64,000 nt of DNA from Bacteroidales bacterium (lineage in GTDB: Bacteria > Bacteroidota > Bacteroidia > Bacteroidales > WRLA01): assembly GCA_963676725.1 (NCBI GenBank), contig OY781463.1, positions 2,701,421 through 2,765,420 of the forward strand. The letters are read 5' to 3'. Shown here in pieces: positions 46,995 to 58,325 of the stretch (its first letter is position 1; every line of letters starts with the position of its first letter). The translations under genes and the position numbers were made by a program. The notes beneath the pieces were generated by a model, which had not been told where the DNA came from, searched no databases, and saw only the letters and a program-made list of their open reading frames with translations.

Positions 46995-49900
46995 TATTTT
47001 ATTTCGCTGCACTCAACTTTTTGTCCCGCGGATTTTCGCAGAGGGATTCGCAGTAAATATCTTTCCTTTCCACGAAGAACGCCAATAGCCGCTAATTCTC
47101 CAACTGCTGGCGCGAATTTGCAAGCCGTGCCCCAAAAACACTTTACGAATCGGACTTTTATTTCTTCCACGAAGGATGCAGATATTTCGCTTACTTCGGC
47201 TACGCTCAGCACAGGTCGCTCAACTTTTCTTTTCCCGCGGATTTTCGCAGGGGGACTCGTTCTGCTTATCCTTTCTTTTTGTCCCGCAGATTACGCGGAT
47301 TTTCGCAGATGGATTTGTAGTAAATATCTTTCCTTTCCACAAAGAACGCCAATAGCCGCTAATTCTCTAACCGCTGGCGCGGATTTGCAAGCCATGCCCC
47401 CAAACCAAATTCCAAATCGGACTTTTGATTCTTCCACGAAGGATGCAAATATTTCGCTTACTTCGGCTACGCTCAGCACAGGTCGCTCAACTTTTCTTTT
47501 CCCGCAGATTACGCAGGGGGATTCGCTCTGCTTATCCTTTCTTTTTGTCCCGCAGATTACGCGGATTTTCGCAGATGGATTTGTAGTAAATATCTTTCCT
47601 TTCCACGAAGAACGCCAATAGCCGCTAATTCTCCAACCGCTGGCGCGAATTTGCAAGCCGTGCCCACAAACCACTTTACGAATCGGACTTTTGATTCTTC
47701 CACGAAGGATGCAGATATTTCGCTTACTTCGGCTACGCTCAGCACAGGTCGCTCAACTTTTCTTTTCCCGCAGATTACGCAGGGGGATTCGCTCTGCTTA
47801 TCCTTTCTTTTTGTCCCGCAGATTACGCGGATTTTCGCAGATGGATTTGTAGTAAATATCTTTCCTTTCCACAAAGAACGCCAATAGCCGCTAATTCTCC
47901 AACCGCTGGCGCGGATTTGCAAGCCATGCCCCCAAACCAAATTCCAAATCGGACTTTTGATTCTTCCACGAAGGATGCAAATATTTCGCTTACTTCGGCT
48001 ACGCTCAGCACAGGTCGCTCAACTTTTCTTTTCCCGCAGATTACGCAGGGGGATTCGCTCTGCTTATCCTTTCTTTTTGTCCCGCAGATTACGCGGATTT
48101 TCGCAGATGGATTTGTAGTAAATATCTTTCCTTTCCACGAAGAACGCCAATAGCCGCTAATTCTCCAACCGCTGGCGCGAATTTGCAAGCCGTGCCCACA
48201 AACCACTTTACGAATCGGACTTTTGATTCTTCCACGAAGGATGCAGATATTTCGCTTTGCTCAACTTTTCTTTTCCCGCAGATTACGCAGGGGGATTCGC
48301 TCTGCTTATCCTTTCTTTTTGTCCCGCAGATTACGCGGATTTTCGCAGATGGATTTGTAGTAAATATCTTTCCTTTCCACAAAGAACGCCAATAGCCGCT
48401 AATTCTCCAACCGCTGGCGCGGATTTGCAAGCCGTGCCCCAAAAACACTTTACGAATCGGACTTTTATTTCTTCCACGAAGGATGCAGATATTTCGCTGC
48501 ACTCAACTTTTCTTTTCCCGCGGATTTTCGCAGGGGGATTCGTTCTGCTTATCCTTTCTTTTTGTCCCGCAGATTACGCGGATTTTCGCAGATGGATTCG
48601 CAGCGATTATATTTCTTCTCTACGTAGAACGCTGATTTCCATCCAACCGCTGGCGCGGATTTGCAAGCCGTGCCCCCAAACCACTTTACGAATCGGGCTT
48701 TTGATTCTTCCACGAAGGATGCAGATATTTCGCTTACTTCGGCTACGCTCAGCACAGGTCGCTCAACTTTTCTTTTCCCGCGGATTACGCAGAGGGATTC
48801 GCTCTGCTTATCCTTTCTTTTTGTCCCGCAGATTACGCGGATTTTCGCAGATGGATTTGTAGTAAATATCTTTCCTTTCCACGAAGAACGCCAATAGCCG
48901 CTAATTCTCCAACCGCTGGCGCGGATTTGCAAGCCGTGCCCACAAACCAAATTCCAAATCGGACTTTTGATTCTTCCACGAAGGATGCAGATATTTCGCT
49001 TACTTCGGCTACGCTCAGCACAGGTCGCTCAACTTTTCTTTTCCCGCGGATTTTCGCAGAGGGATTCGTTCTGCTTATCCTTTCTTTTTGTCCCGCAGAT
49101 TACGCGGATTTTCGCAGAGGATTCGCAGCGATTATATTTCTTCTCTACGTAGAACGCTGATTTCCATCCAACCGCTGGCGCGGATTTGCAAGCCGTGCCC
49201 CCAAACCACTTTACGAATCGGGCTTTTGATTCTTCCACGAAGGATGCAGATATTTCGCTTTGCTCAACTTTTCTTTTCCCGCAGATTACGCGGATTTTCG
49301 CAGATGGATTTGTAGTAAATATCTTTCCTTTCCACGAAGAACGCCAATAGCCGCTAATTCTCCAACCGCTGGCGCGGATTTGCAAGCCATGCCCACAAAC
49401 CAAATTCCAAATCGGACTTTTGATTCTTCCACGAAGGATGCAGATATTTCGCTTTGCTCAACTTTTCTTTTCCCGCAGATTACGCAGGGGGATTCGTTCT
49501 GCTTATCCTTTCTTTTTGTCCCGCAGATTACGCGGATTTTCGCAGAGGATTCGCAGTAAATATCTTTCCTTTCCACGAAAAACGCCAATAGCCGCTAATT
49601 CTCCAACCGCTGGCGCGGATTTGCAAGCCGTGCACACAAACCAAATTCCAAATCGGACTTTTGATTCTTCCACGAAGGATGCAGATATTTCGCTTTGCTC
49701 AACTTTTCTTTTCCCGCAGATTACGCAGGGGGATTCGCTCTGCTTATCCTTTCTTTTTGTCCCGCAGATTACGCGGATTTTCGCAGATGGATTTGTAGTA
49801 AATATCTTTCCTTTCCACGAAGAACGCCAATAGCCGCTAATTCTCCAACCGCTGGCGCGAATTTGCAAGCCGTGCCCACAAACCGAATTCCATAGCAGTT

Positions 49901-50345
49901 CTTTATTTCTTCCACGAAAAATGCAGATATTTCGCTGCACTCAACTTTTTGTCCCGCAGATTACGCAGGGGGATTCGTTCTGCTTATCCTTTCTTTTTGT
50001 CCTGCAGATTACGCGGATTTTCGCAGAGGGATTTGTAGTAAATATCTTTCCTTTCCACGAAGAACGCCAATAGCCGCTAATTCTCCAACCGCTGGCGCGA
50101 ATTTGCAAGCCGTGCCCACAAACCGAATTCCATAGCAGTTCTTTATTTCTTCCACGAAAAATGCAGATATTTCGCTGCACTCAACTTTTTGTCCCGCAGA
50201 TTACGCAGGGGGATTCGTTCTGCTTATCCTTTCTTTTTGTCCCGCAGATTACGCGGATTTTCGCAGAGGATTCGCAGCGATTATCTTTCTTCTCTACGTA
50301 GAACGCTGATTTCCCTCCAACCGCTGGCGCGAATTTGCAAGCCGT
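46995..50345. repeat. Non-coding satellite: ~14 tandem units of 240-266 bp with 532-bp higher-order (A/B alternating) structure
   Basis: The 266-nt periodicity shows in track ORFs 47291/47557/47823/48089. Alternate units are identical (47291..47674 equals 47823..48206 at protein level). Each unit carries two cccgcagattacgc boxes and gccgctaattctccaaccgctggcgcg. Shorter units lack a 26-nt core (acttcggctacgctcagcacaggtcg). Confidence 0.95.
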
Positions 50346-50499
50346 GCCCCTAATCTTCAAGATTTTAGCTTAACTTTTTAGACACAGATGTGTTTTGCTT
50401 GATTCGACTTACTTCGGCTACGCTTGTTTCGAGGGTCTCAGCACTAAAGGACAAGCTCAATGCATCGCATCGCAGCACGGGTCGCTTACAACAAGCCGC

Positions 50500-51015
50500 T
50501 TAATTTTTGTCTTTGATAAGAAAGCGCCATAGCCCAAGAAAGATATTTAAACCCGGCACTCTCTTTTGGTAAAGAATTGTTTCACTACCAAAACGTTCCC
50601 GCAAATAGGCATCTTCAAAAACACAACCTAAAGCGATAAAAACAATGGACATCAAGGCAAGCAAAATAATCCATATATTTTGACTGAGAAAAATAAAACC
50701 TAAAGCGAATAAAATAAAACCGAAATACTGCGGATGGCGCAGCAAGGAAAAAACACCTTTATCGACCAAATAATTTGTTTCCATATAATTCCCTTTCATA
50801 GGCAATCCATATTTTCTTAAATGGATCAATCCTATCAACCAAAAAAAACTTCCAGAAATCCACAAAACACCCCCTATAATTGTAAGCTTGGGAAAAACAG
50901 GAACACTTGGAATGAAAACATGGAAGAAAAAACAAAGAAAAAGCATAGAAAAACCCACTTTCAAACTATGGCCAAAAAACTTTCCTTTGAAATACCCACT
51001 CTTTTCTTCCACCAT
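50500..51015 (-). CDS. Isoprenylcysteine carboxyl / phospholipid methyltransferase-family membrane protein
   Basis: Polytopic membrane protein with the family motif LLRHPQYFGFILFALGF. Confidence 0.75.
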   Translation of the reverse strand: MVEEKSGYFKGKFFGHSLKVGFSMLFLCFFFHVFIPSVPVFPKLTIIGGVLWISGSFFWLIGLIHLRKYGLPMKGNYMETNYLVDKGVFSLLRHPQYFGFILFALGFIFLSQNIWIILLALMSIVFIALGCVFEDAYLRERFGSETILYQKRVPGLNIFLGLWRFLIKDKN

Positions 51016-51190
51016 TCGATTCTCTTGAAATATTTGGATAAAGGTATAACATTACGGCCTAATAAGACGAAAAACCTACAAATCAATCCTGCACCCAAAA
51101 AGAGCAACAAATTATCCTATAATTCATATCTTTACCGAAAGATTTATAATAAATAAGCTTGTAAAGCAAATTTTTCTTATTTTTGTATAA

Positions 51191-54100
51191 ATGATTGATT
51201 ACAAGAAATATACAAAACTATTTTTTTCCATATGGCTGTTTATGCTGTATTCAGTCATCCTTTTTGCCCAAAATTCCCCCTACACTTCCTCCGGTTCTTC
51301 CTCTCCCGATGCTACATTGTCCTTTATTGAAAACAAAGGCCAATGGCCGGAACAAGTACTTTTTAAAGCTCGTTTGGCAGATCATTTAACCGTATATTTT
51401 GAACAAAGCGGCTGGACTCTTTGCATGTATGATGCTGAGGACATGCACCATTCCCATGCCCATCATGATAGCGATGGGCACAATCACAAACTCAGGGGCC
51501 ATGCTGTTAAAGTACGATTGCCTGAAACCAATGCAATTGCTGAAGGCGTCGGGATGAAGGAAGAAAAATACAATTATCTGAATTTTGGCACAAGCTCTTC
51601 TGCCAAAAATGTACGCGCATTCAAAGAGATAATCTATAAAAATCTATGGCCCAATATTGATCTACGTTTTTATTGCAGTCCGGGCACTCGCTTAAAGTAT
51701 GAATTTATCCTTTCGGAAGGTGCTGACATCAATAAGATCAGATTGGAATATTCCGGTCAGGAGTCTATGGCCATTGAAAACGGGCATTTGGTTATTGGCA
51801 CTTCCCTCGATGAAATTACCGAACTAAAACCCATTGCCTGGACAGGTGATGGTCAGCAAAAGGATCATTTATCGTGCAGTTATCAACTGACGGACAACCT
51901 CCTCACATTTCAAACAGACGAATATCCGAAAGAAAGCAAAATGGTGATTGACCCCGAACTCGTTTTTTCAACATACACAGGCTCTTTATCAGATAATTGG
52001 GGCTTTAGTGCCACCGATGATCTAGATGGAAATGTATATTCCGGGGGCATTGTTTCAGGCGGTGGATATCCCGTAAGCCCGGGCGCCTTTCAGGAAGAAT
52101 TTGCCGGCAACTGGGACATTGCCATCATCAAATACACACCCGATGGAACACAAAGACTGTTTGCAACCTTGCTTGGCGGAAGCTATGCCGACCTGCCTCA
52201 CAGCCTCATTGTAAATAAAAACAACGAATTGCTTATTTTTGGAACAACAGGCTCCCCCGATTTCCCTATAACCCCTTCTGCCTATGATACTTCCTTTAAC
52301 GGTGGAGCAAATATTTCCTATGATGGCGTTTTAAATTTTCCTTTTGGCGTTGACCTTTTTGTGGCACGACTTAGTGAGGACGGAAGTCAATTGCTTTCCT
52401 CAACATTTATTGGCGGAAGTGGAAATGACGGACTAAACTACCGCAGCCGCTACGCCCCATTTTTAATGCATGGCAACGATTCCCTATATTATAATTATGG
52501 TGATGGTGCTCGTGGCGAAATCATTACAGATGATCAAAATAATGTGTATATAGGTTCCTGTACTTTTTCTACAGATTTTCCTGTGAGCACCAATGCTTTT
52601 CAGTCTCAATCAGCCGGAATGCAAGAAGGCATTGTACTCAAAATGGATGCAGGAATGAACAATCTTTTATGGAGTTCGTATCTTGGCGGCAGTTCCGATG
52701 ATGCTGTTTATTCTGTTGATATTGATAGCCAAAACAGGCTTTTCGCCACAGGAGGAACAACATCCGGCGATTTCCCAACAACAAGCAATGCCTGGAAGAG
52801 CACTTTTCAGGGTGGCACCACCGATGCTTTCCTTACTTGTATTCAGGCGGATGGAAGCAGTTTGTACGGTTCAACATTTTATGGCAGCAACGCATACGAT
52901 CAGTCCTATTTTGTGCGGCTAAGCCGTGATGATGAAGTATTTATTTATGGCCAAACCAAGGCATCAGATAATAGCCTTATCATCAATAACCCTGCTTATG
53001 CTCAAAGCAATAGCGGACAATTTATCGCTAAATTCCCTGCAGAAATGGATCAAATCTATTGGTCTTCGGTATTTGGCACCGGAAATGGAGAACCCAATAT
53101 CAGCCCAACTGCCTTTGCTGTTGATATGTGCAATAGGATTTATGTTTCGGGCTGGGGGCGCATTTGGGGAAATTATACGGTAAACGGAGTGCATCATCCT
53201 TGGGGCTCAGAATTTGGTACTGTTGGTATGGATATTACTGCAGATGCAGCTCAGAATACTACGGATGGACAAGATTTTTATATCGCTGTTTTTGCATCAG
53301 AAATGGCTGATCTTGAATACGGTAGCTTTTTTGGCGAACTGCATTATTCCAACTGCTATTATAGTGGCCACGACCATGTTGATGGTGGCACCAGCCGTTT
53401 CGACAAAAAAGGGCATATCTACCAATCAGTTTGCGCCAGTTGTGGCAATTGCCAGCAGTTCCCTACATGGCCAAATCCCGGAGCATGGTCGAACACAAAT
53501 AATGGGGGAAATTGCAATAATGCTGTATTTAAAATCCATGTACAATCAGATTTTGCTTATGCCGATTTTAAACAGCCCGAACCCGGCTGCACAGTCTATA
53601 CTGTTGATTTTGAAAATCTTAGTCAAGGCACAGAATTTCTATGGAATTTTGGGGACCCAGCATCAGGAAGCAATAATACATCGATAGAAGAAAACCCTTC
53701 ACATATATATACACAAGCCGGCTCCTACTCCATTCAACTGATTGCGTTTATGCCCGGCGGCTGTTACCCATCAGACACTACCATCAGGCAATTGCTTGTC
53801 ATGAACGACACCTCCTACTTTTTGCCTGATACGGGTATTTGCCTAGGAAATTCTATTCAAATTGGGCTAGATCCGGTTCCGGACACAAGCATTCATTACT
53901 TATGGCAACCCTCTGCCGGACTGAACGATACACTAATTGCTAACCCTATTGCAAGTCCAACAACGTCAACGCTTTATACGCTTGTGGTTTCCAATGGCTA
54001 TTGCGCCGACACCATCAGGCAATGGATTTATGTTTCTGAATTATACATTGATGCGGGTGCAGACACAAGCATTTGTCAAGAAAGCTTGCAGTTGACAGGG

Positions 54101-57100
54101 CATGCATGGCCGGAGCCCGTCTATTATTTATGGTCAAACAATCCGGAATTTTCAGACACACTCAATACCTTTCCCGACGACAGCACTGCCATTGTACAAA
54201 TCACAGGATCACAATGCTTTTATCTGCAAAGCGCGAGTATTGATGGCTGCATTGCAACGGATACAATCTGCATTACAGCTGCAACAGCGACAAGCAATAT
54301 TCCGAAAGACACAACAGCATGTATGGGCGACACATTGGCCATTCATGCAGGGATTCAATCCACAAACGGCATCGCAAGCATCCATTGGGAACCGGAAAAT
54401 ATGATAATTAGTGGTCAGGGAAGCCCTGATATAGAATGTATTGCCCCTTACGACTATGCCTTAACATTAAATATGGTTGATTCTTCGGGCTGTGTTTTTG
54501 GTGACACCACAATGGTTCACACTTCTGAAATTCTGGGGAAAACATATATACGAAACCCATTGTGTTCGGGCCTTTGCAATGGTGAAATTCGTTTTGAGGC
54601 ATTCGGCGGATTGCCCCCATATCATTATCAATGGTCCAACGGAGCAACAACAGCTGAAATTACAGGCCTTTGTGCAGGAACATACCATTTAATAATCACG
54701 GACAGCGCTTTATGCCAAAGCGAGTTTGATTTTGTTCTTCTTGAACCTGCTCCGTTTTTTATTATAGAAGCGCTTTCACCGCCAAGTTGTTATGGTAAAC
54801 CCGATGCATCTATTGAAGTATTTGTAAACGGAGCCACGCCTCCTTATGAATATTTGTGGTCGAATGGAGCGACAGTCCCCTTCATTGAAAGCCTGATTCC
54901 CGGAGAGTATAACCTAACGATCACAGATTCTGCACAATGCGATACAACACTATATTTTACAATTGAGCAAGCAGGGCTTTTTCAAATCATCGACAGTATA
55001 AAAAACCCTACATGCCATGACGCAGCAGATGGCTTTATTAAGGTATGGGTGAATGGCTCACGGCCTCCCTACGAATATTTCTGGAATGGTATTCAAGGAA
55101 CCGATTCACTGGGGGGGATTTCAGCAGGAACATACGAACTACTGATCACAGATACAGGAAATTGCGACAGCCTGCTGGTTTTTGAAATCAGCGCGCCGGA
55201 TGCATACAGCATACAATCAGAAATTGGAAATGCACGCTGTTATGGCAGTGAAGATGGATCGATTGCACTCAATATTAATGGCGCAAGCCCTCCCTACACA
55301 ATTGAATGGAGCAATGGCCAAAATTCTGCTTTTATCGATCATCTAAGCTCCGGTCTTTATACGGCTCATATCACCGATTCCCTAAACTGCGACACAACAG
55401 TTTCATTATGGGTTTCAGAACCAGACAGCCTCTATATTATCGCAGACCTTTTGAATCCACTATGTTATGGATCACAGAACGGCCATATTTTTATTGAGGC
55501 CTTTGGCGGCACGCCCCCTTACACTTTTCAATGGTCGAATGGAGCAATAACCCCTGAAATTGAAGAACTTGGATCCGGAACTTATGAATTATTACTTACA
55601 GACAATAATGCATGCAGCCTACAGCAAAACTTTATCCTAAACGAAACACCTAATTTTAATATCCTTAGCGAAATCACAGCGCCTTTATGCCACAACAGTA
55701 GCGATGGCAGCATTCATTTAGAGCTTGATGGCGCCACAAAACCTTATAGTTTTTTATGGTCAGATGGCAGCACCGAACAAAACCTCAGCAGTATCTCTTC
55801 CGGTATTTATACAGTTCTTATATCTGATGCTCACGAATGCGATACAAGCCTTGAATTTTCAGTGCTTGCTCCATCAAATTTTGACATTTTGATTAAGAAA
55901 GAAAATATTGCTTGTTATGGGCAGGCAACAGGACGTATTGAAGTTGGTTTGACGGGTGGAAGCCCACCCTATAATTTTCATTGGGAGCATGGCGCTATTG
56001 GGCCAATATTAGAAAATCTCACTGCAGGAACCTATAATCTCCAAATTACCGATGCCCATGAATGCGATACATTGTTACAGATTATGATCGAAGCCCCGGA
56101 AAGCGGACTCACTTGTACTGCAGAAATCACCCATTGCAGATGTTTTGGAAGCTCCGATGGTACCATTAGAACCAGCATAAGCGGCGGCACACCACCATAC
56201 ATATTTGAATGGGATAATGGCCAAAGCACTACGAATATTGACAATCTGAGCAGCGGGACCTATTCATTGCATATTATCGACGCACTGCTCTGCGACAGCA
56301 CTATTAGCTTTACCGTAGATCAGCCTTCAGCAATTGAAGCCACGGCAGAAATTACTGATGCAAGTTGTTATTTTGGCCGGGCCGATGGAAGCATCAAAGC
56401 AGTAATTAGTGGAGGAACAAAACCATATACATATATTTGGTCTGATGGGCAACAAAGCCTGTATATTAACCAATTATCCCGAGGCCTTTATAAGTTAAAT
56501 ATAACAGACTCCTCACTTTGTACAAAGAATGCTTTTTTTACTGTAGGCTCACCCGATTCCATTCAATTAGATGCAGATGTAAAAAATATCCGCTGCTTTG
56601 GAGAGCAAAATGGAGAAATTAGCATTCAAGTTTCGGGAGGCCTTGAGCCTTATCGAATTCTTTGGTCGAATGGAGAAGAAGGAAGACTCATCTACGATCT
56701 TGCTCCGGGGAATTACAGTCTTGAGCTTACGGACGATCATGGCTGTAAAGCTCAAGGCACTTATTGGATTACAGAGCCAGAGGAGCTCCTTTTAGGATTT
56801 CATCTTCAGGAAGTTGTATGCATTGGCCGTTCGAATGGCAGCATAGAAAGCAATGTAGATGGAGGCACAGAACCCTATAGTTATGTTTGGAACACAGGAA
56901 GTATGGAGGCGGATTTATACGATATCCCGGCAGGGGAATACAGTTTAGTACTTAGCGATTATAATGGATGCTCCATAGAAAAAAGCTGTATATTGACTGA
57001 GAAGCCTTGTGATCTGGTCATTCCAAATGTGATTACACCAAATGGAGATGGTTTTAATGATTTCTTTGTGATCACGAACATTTCGTATTATCCGGGCAAT

Positions 57101-57274
57101 GAATTATTAATTTTTAATCGTTGGGGAAAAGAAATTGCATCCTATACGAATTACCAAAATGATTGGGATGGCATTAAGAATGATGGCAGCAGAGCGGCTG
57201 ACGGCGTTTACTATTTCATTCTCAGGATACCCGGTGAGGAGCAAGTTCAGGGCTCAATTACGATTCTTCATTAA
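51191..57274 (+). CDS. Giant cell-surface protein: N-terminal beta-propeller-type region, PKD domain, ~14 SprB repeats and a T9SS type-B (CHU_C / gliding-motility) C-terminal domain
   Basis: Signal peptide. PKD-like FLWNFGDPASGSNNT...HIYTQAGSY. Repeated C.G..[DN]G.I......G..PY.[YF].WS[ND]G.....I..L..G.Y.L.[IL].D...C units from ~54.5 to 57.0 kb. C-terminus VIPNVITPNGDGFNDFFVI...LLIFNRWGKEI...DGVYYFIL. Confidence 0.9.
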   Translation: MIDYKKYTKLFFSIWLFMLYSVILFAQNSPYTSSGSSSPDATLSFIENKGQWPEQVLFKARLADHLTVYFEQSGWTLCMYDAEDMHHSHAHHDSDGHNHKLRGHAVKVRLPETNAIAEGVGMKEEKYNYLNFGTSSSAKNVRAFKEIIYKNLWPNIDLRFYCSPGTRLKYEFILSEGADINKIRLEYSGQESMAIENGHLVIGTSLDEITELKPIAWTGDGQQKDHLSCSYQLTDNLLTFQTDEYPKESKMVIDPELVFSTYTGSLSDNWGFSATDDLDGNVYSGGIVSGGGYPVSPGAFQEEFAGNWDIAIIKYTPDGTQRLFATLLGGSYADLPHSLIVNKNNELLIFGTTGSPDFPITPSAYDTSFNGGANISYDGVLNFPFGVDLFVARLSEDGSQLLSSTFIGGSGNDGLNYRSRYAPFLMHGNDSLYYNYGDGARGEIITDDQNNVYIGSCTFSTDFPVSTNAFQSQSAGMQEGIVLKMDAGMNNLLWSSYLGGSSDDAVYSVDIDSQNRLFATGGTTSGDFPTTSNAWKSTFQGGTTDAFLTCIQADGSSLYGSTFYGSNAYDQSYFVRLSRDDEVFIYGQTKASDNSLIINNPAYAQSNSGQFIAKFPAEMDQIYWSSVFGTGNGEPNISPTAFAVDMCNRIYVSGWGRIWGNYTVNGVHHPWGSEFGTVGMDITADAAQNTTDGQDFYIAVFASEMADLEYGSFFGELHYSNCYYSGHDHVDGGTSRFDKKGHIYQSVCASCGNCQQFPTWPNPGAWSNTNNGGNCNNAVFKIHVQSDFAYADFKQPEPGCTVYTVDFENLSQGTEFLWNFGDPASGSNNTSIEENPSHIYTQAGSYSIQLIAFMPGGCYPSDTTIRQLLVMNDTSYFLPDTGICLGNSIQIGLDPVPDTSIHYLWQPSAGLNDTLIANPIASPTTSTLYTLVVSNGYCADTIRQWIYVSELYIDAGADTSICQESLQLTGHAWPEPVYYLWSNNPEFSDTLNTFPDDSTAIVQITGSQCFYLQSASIDGCIATDTICITAATATSNIPKDTTACMGDTLAIHAGIQSTNGIASIHWEPENMIISGQGSPDIECIAPYDYALTLNMVDSSGCVFGDTTMVHTSEILGKTYIRNPLCSGLCNGEIRFEAFGGLPPYHYQWSNGATTAEITGLCAGTYHLIITDSALCQSEFDFVLLEPAPFFIIEALSPPSCYGKPDASIEVFVNGATPPYEYLWSNGATVPFIESLIPGEYNLTITDSAQCDTTLYFTIEQAGLFQIIDSIKNPTCHDAADGFIKVWVNGSRPPYEYFWNGIQGTDSLGGISAGTYELLITDTGNCDSLLVFEISAPDAYSIQSEIGNARCYGSEDGSIALNINGASPPYTIEWSNGQNSAFIDHLSSGLYTAHITDSLNCDTTVSLWVSEPDSLYIIADLLNPLCYGSQNGHIFIEAFGGTPPYTFQWSNGAITPEIEELGSGTYELLLTDNNACSLQQNFILNETPNFNILSEITAPLCHNSSDGSIHLELDGATKPYSFLWSDGSTEQNLSSISSGIYTVLISDAHECDTSLEFSVLAPSNFDILIKKENIACYGQATGRIEVGLTGGSPPYNFHWEHGAIGPILENLTAGTYNLQITDAHECDTLLQIMIEAPESGLTCTAEITHCRCFGSSDGTIRTSISGGTPPYIFEWDNGQSTTNIDNLSSGTYSLHIIDALLCDSTISFTVDQPSAIEATAEITDASCYFGRADGSIKAVISGGTKPYTYIWSDGQQSLYINQLSRGLYKLNITDSSLCTKNAFFTVGSPDSIQLDADVKNIRCFGEQNGEISIQVSGGLEPYRILWSNGEEGRLIYDLAPGNYSLELTDDHGCKAQGTYWITEPEELLLGFHLQEVVCIGRSNGSIESNVDGGTEPYSYVWNTGSMEADLYDIPAGEYSLVLSDYNGCSIEKSCILTEKPCDLVIPNVITPNGDGFNDFFVITNISYYPGNELLIFNRWGKEIASYTNYQNDWDGIKNDGSRAADGVYYFILRIPGEEQVQGSITILH

Positions 57275-57371
57275 ATTCATGCAAAAACTTATGGATTTTA
57301 TGATACAAAAGCTTATCTTTGTTAATCAATAACATTAATTTTGCTGCTTTATCAACCCTAAAAATTAAACG

Positions 57372-58295
57372 ATGAAAAAAGTTTTAGTTGCAACTGAAAA
57401 ACCCTTTGCTCCCGCAGCTGTAGAAGGCATTAAAAAATCCCTAGAAGAAGCCGCTTATGAGTGCATTCTTCTTGAAAAATACACCGATCAGCAAGCACTT
57501 TTAGATGCTGTTAAAGATGTTGACGCAATGATTATCCGTAGTGACAAAGCCAACAGGACTGTCATAGAAGCTGCCGAAAAGTTAAAAATTATTGTACGCG
57601 CCGGTGCCGGTTACGACAATATTGACCTTGAAGCTGCCACGGAAAAAGGCATTATTGCAATGAATACACCTGGTCAAAACTCCAATGCAGTAGCAGAATT
57701 AGCCATTGGCATGATGGTTTTTCTTGCCCGTAATGAATTCAACGGAAAAGCAGGCACCGAGCTTCGCGGAAAAAGCATTGGAATCCATGCCTATGGAAAC
57801 GTGGGTCGCTATGTAGCCAATATTGCAAAAGGTTTTGGAATGCAGGTTTTTGCATTTGATCCATTCGTCAAAAAGGAAGATATCGAAAAAGATGGCGTTC
57901 AAGTAATCGATACTGTTGAAGATCTCTACAAAAAATGCCAGTATATTTCATTGCATATCCCTGCCAATGCAAAAACCAAAGGCAGCATCAATTATGATTT
58001 ACTGATGTCGATGCCCAAAGGAGCCTGTTTAGTAAACACGGCCCGAAAAGAAGTAATCTGCGAAGAAGGGCTTGTAAAAGTATTTGCTGATCGTCCTGAT
58101 TTTCAATATTTAAGTGATATAGCACCTGATTGCAAAGAAGAAATCGCCGAAAAATACAGTGGACGCTTTTTCTTCACTCCAAAAAAGATGGGTGCCCAAA
58201 CCTCTGAAGCCAACATCAATGCCGGACTTGCTGCAGCGAAACAAATTATCGACTGTTTCGAGCATGGCGATACCAGCTTCCAGGTAAACAAATAA
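57372..58295 (+). CDS. serA: D-isomer-specific 2-hydroxyacid dehydrogenase, probably D-3-phosphoglycerate dehydrogenase
   Basis: NAD-binding GIHAYGNVGRYVA. Catalytic-region context (SLHIP...; NTARKEV). The ~307-aa size and the DUF1015 neighbour are as I recall for Bacteroidota serA loci. Confidence 0.65.
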   Translation: MKKVLVATEKPFAPAAVEGIKKSLEEAAYECILLEKYTDQQALLDAVKDVDAMIIRSDKANRTVIEAAEKLKIIVRAGAGYDNIDLEAATEKGIIAMNTPGQNSNAVAELAIGMMVFLARNEFNGKAGTELRGKSIGIHAYGNVGRYVANIAKGFGMQVFAFDPFVKKEDIEKDGVQVIDTVEDLYKKCQYISLHIPANAKTKGSINYDLLMSMPKGACLVNTARKEVICEEGLVKVFADRPDFQYLSDIAPDCKEEIAEKYSGRFFFTPKKMGAQTSEANINAGLAAAKQIIDCFEHGDTSFQVNK

Positions 58296-58325
58296 GACCA
58301 AACTAAACTACTAAAAATAAGCCCT

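Noticed and set aside
46935-47621. A 228-aa ORF starting inside the methyltransferase gene and running into the satellite.
   Set aside because: It is out of frame with the well-supported methyltransferase, and most of its length is repeat-derived.
47291-50180. The series of ~127-145-aa ORFs on the minus strand (MVCGHGLQIRASGWRISGYW...) and 70-230-aa ORFs on the plus strand within the tandem array, which could be read as a repeat-protein gene family.
   Set aside because: ORFs occur on both strands and overlap one another. The unit length (266 or 240 nt) is not a multiple of 3, so the frame rotates between units. The translations are low-complexity and unlike real proteins. I treat them as artefacts of a stop-poor repeat.
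46995-50345. CRISPR array hypothesis for the 266-bp array, and likewise for the 280-bp array at 60195-61060.
   Set aside because: There are no unique spacers. The entire unit is repeated, the period is far too long, and no cas genes are nearby.
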